Source: a virus (Duplodnaviria > Caudoviricetes). From it: a DNA stretch of 62,055 nt. Location: the IMG/VR virus record IMGVR_UViG_3300045996_000553, positions 1-62,055 of that record. One strand, given 5' to 3'. The translations under genes and the position numbers were made by a program. A model generated the notes under the pieces. The model ran no database searches and was not told the DNA's origin. It saw only the letters and a program-made list of their open reading frames with translations. Shown in pieces: positions 35,195 through 44,613 of this stretch. The first letter of the stretch is position 1. Each line of letters starts with the position of its first letter.

Positions 35195-37319
35195 TCGTTA
35201 AATCAGCTTCCGCTACGGCTTGCGTGTCGCCATTTAGAACGTCTCCCACAAAAGGATGAATGACGATAGGGTTTGTTCCAGCGTTCCCGCCGCCGTCTAC
35301 TACCGTAATCATCCAACCCGGGGGGAGAGTTCCGAGAGAGCCGTTAGTATTTGGTAAACTGAGCGTTGTTCCCGCCGTTCCCGTATATACGACGTGTCGG
35401 CCTGTGTAAACGAACACGTTTAAAGTTGTGCTGGAAAGAAGTTGAACTTCCGGTCGGTTTCTCATTGCCGGATTGTGCAGGGTGCGGGTTTGTCCGGTGC
35501 TGGAATAAAACGTCGGATTGAGAAGCGTAGGATCGTAATAGTTTCCGCTTTCCCTGACTGTAACGGCTCCCGCAAGTCGAACCAATCCTGTTTCCGCACC
35601 TACTTTTTGGAACGTGTTATTGAAGAGAAGCAAAACAGGTGCGGAAGAGTTGTCTACGCCTACGTTCAATCTCGCCCCAATAAACTGATTGTTTTCCACA
35701 TTCAGCAGGTCGCAATACATCAAATAATCGCCCCACTCGCAATGGTTTCCGATAAATTCAAGAGACGCGCCCCTGAAAAATCGAACGGCGAGATTTGTAA
35801 ATTCTTTTAGTTTAAATCGGTTTCCTTCGACTAAATAGCGTCCGGTAACGGTTTGTGTGCTGGACGCTCCTCCGTGCTGAATTGCAACAGGATGAACGCC
35901 TCCTGATGCTCCGGTATTGTCGGCAGTTGCCGCTAGTCGAATAAAGTTATTGTTTCTGATGACGATATTATCCAATACGCCTACGCCTAAAAGAATAGAA
36001 GTTTGAATACAGCCTGTGTTGCCTGTTTGTGTTTTTCCCCAATCTTGGAAAGTGTTGTTTTGGATTTCAACGTCTCGGATGATTGCGGAAGCCGATAGGC
36101 TTGATTCCAACAAAATCGCGTTGGAACCTAGATCGGAGAAAATGTTTCCGTCAATCTTAATTCCCTGCGCCGTTGTCGCCGCGTTCATACTGATTCTGAT
36201 ACAGGTGGGATCGGGAGTCCCCGAACCGGAAACGAACTTGTTGAAAATGTTGTTGACGATAATAACGTTCGTCGTCGGGTAAGGAGTCTGCCCCGGCAAA
36301 ATGGCAATGCCGTATCCGCCTTCTATGTTTTCAAAGACGTTATTGGAAATAATAATGCCGTCTGCGTATTCCTGGGCTTCGATGATCCCGGCTGTAAACG
36401 CGGCATGAGAGCCGCAATCCCGGAACGTGTTTCCGTCTATTACACATTTGCCGGACGCGGTTTCAAACTGCTCAAGCAGAGGGGTTCCGGCGATTGCGTT
36501 TTCGATTTGACCGTCTAATTTAACCGAGCAGAAAACGTCCTCATGGTGATTGTGGGAATAAACGATTCCGCTAGATCGACCGAGAGTGTTTAGACAGGTT
36601 TTTCCTGCGAGGAAACGGCAGTTATGCACCGTTAACCGAGAGTTTTTAACGTCTGTTGCGCCGGAATCGTAGGACGTGCCATTCAAGCCGTCTAAGGACT
36701 TGGTTACGTCTGTTTTATCGACAAGGGCGGTATTGGCGAAACGGGTGAATACAACGCGCTCGAAAGTAAAGTCGCTTGATTCGTCTTCCATCAAAACCAA
36801 ATCGCGGTAATCGGATACGCCTTCGGAAATATCAGAATCGTCGGTGAGCGTGTCTTCCGATCCGTCCAGCTTCATATCCCTGAAAACAATATTGTGGCAA
36901 TCCAAAAACCGAAGCATTTTATTGTTGTTTTCGGAGAATTGCTTAAATCCCGTATGCGGTCCTAACCCTTGAAACGTAATGTTGTTGCGATCGTCAAGAC
37001 GAATAGATGCTTCGGAGAAATCCAGACGACCTCCAATGCCTCGATCCGTGCTGGCGAGTTCAAACATATCGTCAACAAGAATGGTGGCCCCGTCCGGCGC
37101 GGCGGCAATCAGGGCTTGAATGGCAATGGCTCTTTCATCTGCCGCCGCTTCGGTCGTCAGCGTGTTCTCAATGGTTTTAGATAAAGGAATAACGGGACCG
37201 TCTTTATAGAGAACGGTTTCTTCAAGCAAATCGCGTAAAGCGGTTGCGTCAATCAGAGGAGAAAGGGCGCGGTTGAACCTGTCGTCAAAATCGTCTCTAT
37301 CTGCGTTATTCCAAGCCAT
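35127..37319 (-). CDS. Tailspike-like beta-helix depolymerase
   Basis: AIQALIAA, repeated I.I.NN.F coils, C-terminal LP..G....VVDGGGNAGTNPI.I module. Confidence 0.8.
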   Translation of the reverse strand: MAWNNADRDDFDDRFNRALSPLIDATALRDLLEETVLYKDGPVIPLSKTIENTLTTEAAADERAIAIQALIAAAPDGATILVDDMFELASTDRGIGGRLDFSEASIRLDDRNNITFQGLGPHTGFKQFSENNNKMLRFLDCHNIVFRDMKLDGSEDTLTDDSDISEGVSDYRDLVLMEDESSDFTFERVVFTRFANTALVDKTDVTKSLDGLNGTSYDSGATDVKNSRLTVHNCRFLAGKTCLNTLGRSSGIVYSHNHHEDVFCSVKLDGQIENAIAGTPLLEQFETASGKCVIDGNTFRDCGSHAAFTAGIIEAQEYADGIIISNNVFENIEGGYGIAILPGQTPYPTTNVIIVNNIFNKFVSGSGTPDPTCIRISMNAATTAQGIKIDGNIFSDLGSNAILLESSLSASAIIRDVEIQNNTFQDWGKTQTGNTGCIQTSILLGVGVLDNIVIRNNNFIRLAATADNTGASGGVHPVAIQHGGASSTQTVTGRYLVEGNRFKLKEFTNLAVRFFRGASLEFIGNHCEWGDYLMYCDLLNVENNQFIGARLNVGVDNSSAPVLLLFNNTFQKVGAETGLVRLAGAVTVRESGNYYDPTLLNPTFYSSTGQTRTLHNPAMRNRPEVQLLSSTTLNVFVYTGRHVVYTGTAGTTLSLPNTNGSLGTLPPGWMITVVDGGGNAGTNPIVIHPFVGDVLNGDTQAVAEADLTIATNYGSRTFIYRGAGVWNSWI

Positions 37320-37356
37320 ATTAGCCTCATCCTAAAAAAACTGCTATGATTGTCTT

Positions 37357-38019
37357 ATGAAAGTTTTGGCCCAACACGCGGAAGAACCTTTAATTGCTTA
37401 CAACGCCTTCTGTCTTGCGCTTGAAGTCGGCGTAGATGACAACGGCTCTATAGACTATCATACTATAGCACAGCGATTAAGGACAATCTATAAGCAGATT
37501 TACACGGCGGAAGAGGTTAGAGAGTGGGCGAAGCGGTATCAGTGGGAGTTTCGGTTGAAACTCGCCATAACTGCGCTTCACGATAAATACGCCGATAAGT
37601 ATATGGAAAATCACGGAGATATTAAACTCCGTCGAATGTCGTTCATTAATAAGCGCATCGGAACCGTCGATAAGCTGTGCGCCGAACTGGAAACGAAGAT
37701 TGTCGGCAGGATGGACGAACTTCCGCTTCGGGATCAAATCGCAACGTATGAGAAGATGATTTATTTACGGAACAAACTCTCCGAAATGCAGCGTATTGAA
37801 TCGGGAGAGGAAGCGTATCAGTCCACTACGATCAACTTTAATACCGTCTTTGCAGCCATTGAGAAGGAAGGCAAGTTCAAGCCCGATCAACTGGAACAGA
37901 TACGGGCAGGCGTGATTGCGAGGACGCAGGAAGATCGGGAGAAACTTCAGGCGGGGATGCCAAGCAGGATGCTCCCGCAACAGGAGTTAGTCAACGCTCT
38001 GGATCGGGAGGTAGACTGA
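37357..38019 (+). CDS. Probable terminase small subunit
   Basis: Position before TerL; HTH-like ..VREWAKRYQW..R. Confidence 0.65.
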   Translation: MKVLAQHAEEPLIAYNAFCLALEVGVDDNGSIDYHTIAQRLRTIYKQIYTAEEVREWAKRYQWEFRLKLAITALHDKYADKYMENHGDIKLRRMSFINKRIGTVDKLCAELETKIVGRMDELPLRDQIATYEKMIYLRNKLSEMQRIESGEEAYQSTTINFNTVFAAIEKEGKFKPDQLEQIRAGVIARTQEDREKLQAGMPSRMLPQQELVNALDREVD

Positions 38020-38228
38020 TGGACTTTTTTCTTGGTTTTTTTGCAGGGGAATTAACTGCTGTAATTATTTTTTACTTTATATTTAGACGACAGGAAAGTA
38101 AAGAAATTCCTACTTATTTTGAAGGAACGCGGCCTTCAACTCCTCCTCCATTTGGACACGCTAGACCTTTAATCCCGCCCGATCCTGAAGACGCGCCGCC
38201 TCCTCCTCCTCGGAAAAATCATGGATAA
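38019..38228 (+). CDS. Small membrane protein with Pro-rich tail
   Basis: N-terminal TM helix, PPPPP. Confidence 0.65.
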   Translation: MDFFLGFFAGELTAVIIFYFIFRRQESKEIPTYFEGTRPSTPPPFGHARPLIPPDPEDAPPPPPRKNHG

Positions 38229-39276
38229 CTTCGATCCCGAACTTTACGCCGAAGCCATTTATCAGGAACTCAAGGCGAAAAATCCTTCGGAACTGGCGGC
38301 AATCCTTCCGCTTTCTTATGGCGATCTGTATATCTCAACCAAGGAAGCGGGATTAAAGCGGTTTTATCCGAACAGCATCCAGGCTGCTTTCAATGACAAT
38401 GTATTCGGAGATATTGATTGGCGAACGTGTGCCGTAGGACTTTCCGGCGTTCGGCGGATTATTCTTAAAAGTCGTCAGTTGGGGTTTTCCACGAATACGG
38501 TTGGCTTGTATTTTATGGATACGCTTCATACCGGATACAAGAAGACGATCATTATGGCTCACGATCTGCCTTCAACCGTCGAACTCTTTAAAAAAGTCCG
38601 GTTGATGTATGAAATGCTGCCTGTCGAAGTGAAGAAACGGTTCGGCAAGCCGGGAACTGCTTCAAAGTATGAACTCTTCTGGCCTGAGATACAGGCTTCC
38701 ATTCTGGTAGGGACGGCAGGATCGGCGGATTTCGGCGCGTCACAGACGGTCAACAACGTGCTTCTAACGGAAATCCCGCGTTGGCCTGATGGAGCCATGC
38801 AAGCGGTCGCTGACGGGTTGATGAACGCGGTTCCGATGGGCGGGAACATCATCATCGAATCGACGGCAAGAGGCGTGGGCAACGACTTTCACAGGCGTTG
38901 GCTCGAAGCCATGTCAGGGCGAAGCGTATTCAGGCCGTTGTTTTACAGTTGGAAAGACTTTCCTGAGTATCAGCTTACGCCGAATCAATGGCACATGCTT
39001 CCTACGGAGTTCATTCCCGAAGACATATCGGACGAAGAACTAGGCCTGATGCGAGACTGGAAGCTGACGATCAATCAAATCGCATGGCGACGGTGGAAGA
39101 TTGCCGAACTTGAATCCGAAGATTTGTTCGCGCAAAACTTTCCTCTTTACTGGCAGGAAGCGTTTCGGACTTCCGGTATGTCCTACTTCAACAACAAGAA
39201 GCTAGGGGAAGAGTTGGCGAGAATAGAGCAGGTTTCTTACGGAAACGGAGTGGATTATGTTTCCGCATTTGCTTAA
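38221..39276 (+). CDS. terL: Terminase large subunit, ATPase half
   Basis: ILKSRQLGFST, VLLTE, IESTARG.GN.FH, WRRWKI, F.Q.FP..EAF..SG. Confidence 0.9.
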   Translation: MDNFDPELYAEAIYQELKAKNPSELAAILPLSYGDLYISTKEAGLKRFYPNSIQAAFNDNVFGDIDWRTCAVGLSGVRRIILKSRQLGFSTNTVGLYFMDTLHTGYKKTIIMAHDLPSTVELFKKVRLMYEMLPVEVKKRFGKPGTASKYELFWPEIQASILVGTAGSADFGASQTVNNVLLTEIPRWPDGAMQAVADGLMNAVPMGGNIIIESTARGVGNDFHRRWLEAMSGRSVFRPLFYSWKDFPEYQLTPNQWHMLPTEFIPEDISDEELGLMRDWKLTINQIAWRRWKIAELESEDLFAQNFPLYWQEAFRTSGMSYFNNKKLGEELARIEQVSYGNGVDYVSAFA

Positions 39277-39979
39277 ATGTATGGAAAACTTCACGACGGA
39301 TGAAGAACTGCGAAACAACTATTTCCACATCTATCATGAGCCGCATCCAAGCCGGGAAGTGTTTATAACGGCTGACGTTGCCGAAGGGTTGAACTCGTTA
39401 GGGAAACACGATTTCTCCGTTGCAAGCGTATGGGATATAAACAGTTGGGAGCAACTCGCACAGATACACGGACACTGGCCTACGAGCGTGTTTGCCGATA
39501 TGCTGATGGAACTCGGATACCTTTACGATCCGAGAGGTTGTCTGCTTATCCCCGAACGCAACCAATACGGACTTGCCATTATCGAGCGCATAGTCGCTTC
39601 CGATTATCCTTTAGGTGAATACGGGCTTTTCATCGCGGAAGATGAAAAGTATGGTTGGCCTACGAACGTGAAAACGCGGGTGTTGATGCTTGAAGCAGGG
39701 AAAGAACTCTTTGAAGACGGTTCGATGAAGGTTAACAGTATGCGAACCATTGAAGAAATGTTCGCGTTTATCAAGAAGGAGAACCGGAAGGTTGAAGCTG
39801 TTGGGGGAAGTTTTGACGATTGCGTCATTGATTTCTGTATTGCTGCGGCTTATCTATCTGCTTCGTCGCCTAAATACGTGCAACCCGTATCCGGTGGGCA
39901 GGAAAAATGGTATCCGGTGCATACGGGAGAAGAAAAAACGTTTCAGCCTGTAGGATATATGGGCGAGTTCGGTGTATAA
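39257..39979 (+). CDS. terL: Terminase large subunit, nuclease half
   Basis: TADVAEG..DFS, ERNQYG, GW.T, FDDCV. Confidence 0.9.
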   Translation: MFPHLLKCMENFTTDEELRNNYFHIYHEPHPSREVFITADVAEGLNSLGKHDFSVASVWDINSWEQLAQIHGHWPTSVFADMLMELGYLYDPRGCLLIPERNQYGLAIIERIVASDYPLGEYGLFIAEDEKYGWPTNVKTRVLMLEAGKELFEDGSMKVNSMRTIEEMFAFIKKENRKVEAVGGSFDDCVIDFCIAAAYLSASSPKYVQPVSGGQEKWYPVHTGEEKTFQPVGYMGEFGV

Positions 39980-40018
39980 TAAGTTGGGTCTAGTCAGCCC
40001 TTGTCCTTTCCAAAAAAT

Positions 40019-40057
40019 AATACCTCTTCTGCGTAGCGGGGGGAGGTATTTTTTTTT
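40019..40057 (+). terminator. Intrinsic terminator after terminase
   Basis: aatacctcttctgc-gta-gcggggggaggtatt followed by a T-tract. Confidence 0.8.
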
Positions 40058-40149
40058 GTATCTCCGCTTGCCTATTGTTTGAATATAAACTAACATAAAG
40101 GCAACATACAGAAGAGTCCCGATATTTCTCCTTGTGACGATGGAACGGC

Positions 40150-40184
40150 AAGCGGGGAGCCTCACTTCCCTCCCCGCTTTATTT
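40150..40184 (+). terminator. Terminator-like hairpin before portal
   Basis: aagcggggag / ctccccgctt + tattt. Confidence 0.55.
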
Positions 40185-40191
40185 AAACCTT

Positions 40192-41628
40192 ATGCCCGAA
40201 CTCTTATTCGATGCGGTCAACCCTCTCTCCGAAGCGGCGACGAAAGAATACGTCGCTTCGTGGAGTTACGGCAGTTGGTATGACGCACGGCCTGAAATCG
40301 CGCTTCCCCGTTCCATAGACGACAATACGACTTATCTACAGGTAGACCTTTACGACAAAATGCTTCTCGACGCTCAAGTCAGAGCGTCCGTGAACCTCCT
40401 CATTTATGGCATCGTCGGGGGAGGGCTTGAAGTCTACCCGGCAAGCGAGAGTGCTTCAGATAGAGATGTTGCGAAGTTCATCAAAGACGCGCTCCTTGAA
40501 GAAATCGAAGAAACTCCTCTCCTTACCGAAGTATTGCCGGATATGCTTTCCGCTATGGCGGTCGGCAACAAGATTTGTGAAATCGTTTGGAACACTCCCG
40601 GCGAATCGAGCCTTCGCGTAAAAGAAAATAAAGCCTGGACGATCAAGCGGCTTAAAGTAAAATCGCGTGAAGAAGTCGGTTTTTACGTGGACGCGCATAA
40701 GAACGTTATCGGGATCGTGGGCAAACTGCCGATTTGGGCCGAACTTCCTCCGCATACGTTTAGATCGTTATATGGTTATTCCGGCAATGAAGTCGTGTTC
40801 CCGATTGAATGGTATCGGGACAGTTTCGCATGGCTATCGTGGAAGCCAAAAGACAGCAATCCGTTAGGAACCTCGGAACTTCGGTCGGCCTACGATGCAT
40901 GGTGGTTCAAACAACAGGTAAAGCCGGAATACCTGAAGTATTTGGCTACCAGTTCAACGGGTTCGATATGGGCTGAAATGGCTCCGAACGCGGAACGCCG
41001 CAATCGCGTGAATACGCAGGGAGATATTGAAACAACGGCGGTAACTAACCCCGCCGATTTAATGGTTGCCGAAATCAAGAAGTTTCAGAACTCTTCCGCT
41101 ATGGCTGTAGCGAACGGAACGAAGTTGAATACGATCCAACCGACTTCAAACGACGGGATGCCGTTTAAAATCGCTCTCGATATTTTTAACGAGGAGATTA
41201 TCAAAGCCATTACGGGGCAGGTTGCCGCTACCGAGAAGGGCGCAGGCGCAGGACGCGCTCCGGTGATCGGGCAGGAAATTATGAATATGCCCGTTACCTA
41301 TGGTCGAATGGTTGCGGAACAGTGGATTCGCAGGTTCCTTGCAAAACCATTGGTTTACAAGAACTATTCCCGCTTGGTTAAAGTCCCGAAGATTGTTCTT
41401 CCCGGGCTGAATAAAGACGATTTCCTGACCTCCGCAAGCGGGGTTTCCAAGTTGCTTGAAACGGGCGCGATCCCGCCTGAGAAGTGGAACGAACTTTTCA
41501 CCCAAACCAATCTAGGAATGTTGTCTAGCGAGACTTATACGAAGATGACGGAACTTTATTGGAAGCAGAAGGAAAACGAAGCCAATCCGCCTGAACCGAA
41601 GGTTTCCCCGCCTTCAGGGAGCCGTTAG
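40192..41628 (+). CDS. Portal protein (Mu gp29/DUF935-like)
   Basis: YDKMLLDAQV, EIVW, NPLGTSELRSAY..WWFK, EI.KAI.GQ. Confidence 0.88.
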   Translation: MPELLFDAVNPLSEAATKEYVASWSYGSWYDARPEIALPRSIDDNTTYLQVDLYDKMLLDAQVRASVNLLIYGIVGGGLEVYPASESASDRDVAKFIKDALLEEIEETPLLTEVLPDMLSAMAVGNKICEIVWNTPGESSLRVKENKAWTIKRLKVKSREEVGFYVDAHKNVIGIVGKLPIWAELPPHTFRSLYGYSGNEVVFPIEWYRDSFAWLSWKPKDSNPLGTSELRSAYDAWWFKQQVKPEYLKYLATSSTGSIWAEMAPNAERRNRVNTQGDIETTAVTNPADLMVAEIKKFQNSSAMAVANGTKLNTIQPTSNDGMPFKIALDIFNEEIIKAITGQVAATEKGAGAGRAPVIGQEIMNMPVTYGRMVAEQWIRRFLAKPLVYKNYSRLVKVPKIVLPGLNKDDFLTSASGVSKLLETGAIPPEKWNELFTQTNLGMLSSETYTKMTELYWKQKENEANPPEPKVSPPSGSR

Positions 41629-41657
41629 TTGCATAAATATTTCCAACCTGCTATATG
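41629..41657 (+). promoter_or_regulatory. Promoter for head operon
   Basis: TTGCAT-17 nt-TATATG with extended TG. Confidence 0.5.
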
Positions 41658-41693
41658 TAAAGCAGACGGTTTGTTTGTTTGTAAAGGCGTGAT

Positions 41694-42659
41694 ATGTCTG
41701 ATTTAATGCTCAAGTTCAGCGTCGGGAACGCGAAACGACGCGGCATGATTTTTAAAGCCGATCTTTACCCTGACAAGGGGATTGATTTTACGCCTGAAAA
41801 GATCAAACAAGCCATAGAAGCGACTACGTTTCCCGTTCCAATCACGCACGATCATCTTGACGCTAAAGGCGTTTCCTCTATATTTGACGGCAGGCTAGGC
41901 AATCTGACACGCGCTTACGGCAATGACGACTATACGTTAATGTTCGGGGAATCCGAATGGCCCGATTGGGTTGAAGAAGCGATTCCCGAAAAAGATGTGT
42001 CGCTTTATTTTGACCCTGTAACGCTTGCCATTAAGAGTTGTTCCCTTGTTCCAAATCCCCGCGTAGAAGGCGCAGCCCTTTCCGAACGGCTGGCCTTCTC
42101 CTATGAACAACACCACAAAAAGGATGAAGATATGTCTTTCACCCTAGACGAACTCAAGAAGGTGTTTACAGACGCGATTTCGCCTCTGGTTCCTCAAAAG
42201 GTGGAAGACCCGCCAAAGGATGAGCCGAAGCCTGCGGAACTCGCGTTCCAAAAAGAGGCGGAAACGCTGAAAGCGCAACTTGAGGAACTGAAGAAAGAAA
42301 AAGCCCTCACGTTCGCTAAAACTCAGCTTGAAGCCGGAAAGATCGTCGGAACGGAAACGCTTTCCGTCGATCAACAGGTCAATCAACTCGCTACTCGTAT
42401 GCTTCGGGCGCAAGCCGATGATGCCAGGGACCTGCAAGACGGTCTGACGTTCTCTGCCGAAACGCCTTCTCGCGTAGCGGAACTTGAAGAGTTTTACAAA
42501 AACATGGTTCCTCTCGGCAAAGACGGTGAAGTGCTGAAAGGCGAAGTGCTTTTCTCCGATCAACGAAAACCGACTGAAGATCAAGACGAAGAAGATTTCA
42601 AGCGCATCATGGGCAAAGGCTCTCTTGGCAGGGCCGTTCTCAAGAAAGAGGATAACTAA
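41694..42659 (+). CDS. Prohead protease/scaffold (Mu I-like)
   Basis: P...DH, VS..F, SLV.NPRV, coiled-coil C-terminus. Confidence 0.8.
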   Translation: MSDLMLKFSVGNAKRRGMIFKADLYPDKGIDFTPEKIKQAIEATTFPVPITHDHLDAKGVSSIFDGRLGNLTRAYGNDDYTLMFGESEWPDWVEEAIPEKDVSLYFDPVTLAIKSCSLVPNPRVEGAALSERLAFSYEQHHKKDEDMSFTLDELKKVFTDAISPLVPQKVEDPPKDEPKPAELAFQKEAETLKAQLEELKKEKALTFAKTQLEAGKIVGTETLSVDQQVNQLATRMLRAQADDARDLQDGLTFSAETPSRVAELEEFYKNMVPLGKDGEVLKGEVLFSDQRKPTEDQDEEDFKRIMGKGSLGRAVLKKEDN

Positions 42660-43207
42660 TGCCTCTCCTCACGGCTCCTACCTCCACATGGGTAGCGGGA
42701 AAACTTGAACCGTTCATGCACCCTGAGATTGTAAAAACTCAGGTGGTTCAGTTCGCGCCTGTGGCTTCCATCACTTTTTTCAAAAAAGGCACAGTTTTTT
42801 CTCAAGCCAATGTCACTCACGCGACGGTAGCTAGTCGCAACAAGTTCGTTCCGTATTCCAACGCCGCAGTAACAACAGGCTTGGAAACGGCGCGATGCAT
42901 CCTGCCTTATGATGTAGTTGTCGGAACGGACGGCACTTACTGGTATGGCAACTCTACCGTAGGTTCTTCTCCCGGCGTTTATGGCGAAACGCGCAAAGAC
43001 GTTGATATGTATTTCGGAGGTTGCTTCCTGACTTCTGATCTGTATGTCGGCGCAGGCCATGCGACGGATGGAACCGGGACGCGGCTCGATTCTACGAATT
43101 CTAATGATATGGTGGACACTTTGGCGGCGATTGCCGATCTGAACGGAACCATTATCATGCTGACTAGTCACGCTACTACCCCTGTAGTCTACGCCTTCCG
43201 CTTCTAA
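42659..43207 (+). CDS. Head decoration protein
   Basis: Between scaffold and MCP; KGTV..Y..G.E.A.CIL. Confidence 0.7.
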   Translation: MPLLTAPTSTWVAGKLEPFMHPEIVKTQVVQFAPVASITFFKKGTVFSQANVTHATVASRNKFVPYSNAAVTTGLETARCILPYDVVVGTDGTYWYGNSTVGSSPGVYGETRKDVDMYFGGCFLTSDLYVGAGHATDGTGTRLDSTNSNDMVDTLAAIADLNGTIIMLTSHATTPVVYAFRF

Positions 43208-43219
43208 GGAGAACCTACA

Positions 43220-44236
43220 ATGGCTTATTCTTGGCCTACAACGGCGGCTCTCCGAAAGATCACTTCGGTTAAAATCGAAGCGTTGATGGCGGATGATCCG
43301 ATTTCTTCCATTCTCCCTATTCAAAATGAGGATTCCCATTATCTCGAATGGGAAGTGGAAGACAACAATTACGGTTTGCAACAGGCGAGAGGGCTTAACG
43401 GCCCTCCGGCGCGTGTGAACAAACTCGGCGCAAAGCGTTACCTGTTTGAGCCGGGAGTTTACGGCGAGTTCATGGTTCTGAACGAAACCGAAATGACGAT
43501 GCTGGCGCGTGAAGTCGGCACGGTTAACGAGCGAATGACTGCGGATAAGTTGATCGACAAATACACGACTCAGCTTGCCCAACGCGAAGTTCGCCGCATT
43601 AAATACATCGGCTGGACTTTGCTCACAACCAAGTCTTTCTCGGTGACGGGTCCGAATGGGCAGGTATTGCATACCGATACCTTCTCCATTACGGACTACA
43701 ACGCGACGACCTGGGCGACGATTGCAAGCGCGACCCCGCTTGCCGATCTTGCGGCCCTTATCGCTCTCGGCCCTACTTACGGAACGAACTTCGGCGCAGG
43801 CGCGACGGTCTACATGAACGACGCGACGTTCCGCAATATGATGAAGAATACGAACGCTGCCGATCTTGGCGGAAGGCGCGTTACCGGGCTTCAGCCTGTG
43901 AACAACCGCCCCGGTCTTCAGGAAATCCTCACTGGCGACGGACTTGCCAACATTCAGGTTTACGATGGTTGGTATAACAATGACAGCGATACCATTACCC
44001 GTTTTATTCCTGACGGCAAGGCTGTCGCAGTCGGTCAGCGACCGAACGGGGAAGCCCTGGGCGAGTATGCGATGACGTTCAACGCAAACAACCCTGGCGG
44101 CGCATCCGGTCCTTACGCCTTCGTGAACGATACGAGAGGCAAAGCCGTTCCTCCGACGATTGAAATCCATCGTGGGCACAATGGCGGTCCTATCCTCTGG
44201 TATCCCGGTTCCATCGTTTTGATGGACGTTTCCTAA
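43220..44236 (+). CDS. Major capsid protein (lambda E family)
   Basis: W...ATPLADL, VYMN..TF, IQVYD..Y..RFIPDG; size and position. Confidence 0.88.
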   Translation: MAYSWPTTAALRKITSVKIEALMADDPISSILPIQNEDSHYLEWEVEDNNYGLQQARGLNGPPARVNKLGAKRYLFEPGVYGEFMVLNETEMTMLAREVGTVNERMTADKLIDKYTTQLAQREVRRIKYIGWTLLTTKSFSVTGPNGQVLHTDTFSITDYNATTWATIASATPLADLAALIALGPTYGTNFGAGATVYMNDATFRNMMKNTNAADLGGRRVTGLQPVNNRPGLQEILTGDGLANIQVYDGWYNNDSDTITRFIPDGKAVAVGQRPNGEALGEYAMTFNANNPGGASGPYAFVNDTRGKAVPPTIEIHRGHNGGPILWYPGSIVLMDVS

Positions 44237-44249
44237 AAGGAGGTTTAAT

Positions 44250-44543
44250 ATGGCAGCTTCCAAGGGAGCGGCGAACCGAGAAAAAACCTATTACATCGCG
44301 CAAGCAGGCGTGGGCAACAACGTGGTAGGCGATCCGATTGACGTTTCGGCTTATGGCGACAAAAAACTCAAACGGTTGATCGAAGACGGGTATCTGACAA
44401 CCGAGGCTCCCGAAGACGATGAAGTTGAACCGACTGACGAAGCAGACGCGACGCTAGAACCTGCAAGACGTTCCGGCGAAGCGACAGGTCAACCCAATCC
44501 TGACGAAGAGAAAAAAGGGTCGGGACGACCGAAAACAAGTTAA
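44250..44543 (+). CDS. Small head-associated protein
   Basis: GD.I..KRLIEDGYL; acidic tail; AGGAGG RBS. Confidence 0.7.
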   Translation: MAASKGAANREKTYYIAQAGVGNNVVGDPIDVSAYGDKKLKRLIEDGYLTTEAPEDDEVEPTDEADATLEPARRSGEATGQPNPDEEKKGSGRPKTS

Positions 44544-44566
44544 ACAATCTCTGTGGGAGAGAGTGA

Positions 44567-44599
44567 GGGAAGGGGATTAAACGTTCCCTTCCCTTTTTT
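44567..44599 (+). terminator. Terminator after capsid operon
   Basis: gggaagggg..ttcccttccc + T6. Confidence 0.75.
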
Positions 44600-44613
44600 G
44601 GTATTATAGACTT

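Noticed and set aside
39854-40165. Minus-strand hydrophobic ORF behind AAGGAG
   Set aside because: No properly spaced ATG/GTG/TTG, and it runs through a terminator into terL
42656-44263. 535-aa antisense ORF over decoration and capsid genes
   Set aside because: Spans two well-supported plus-strand genes, has Arg/Val/His-rich shadow composition and no motifs; explained by codon bias
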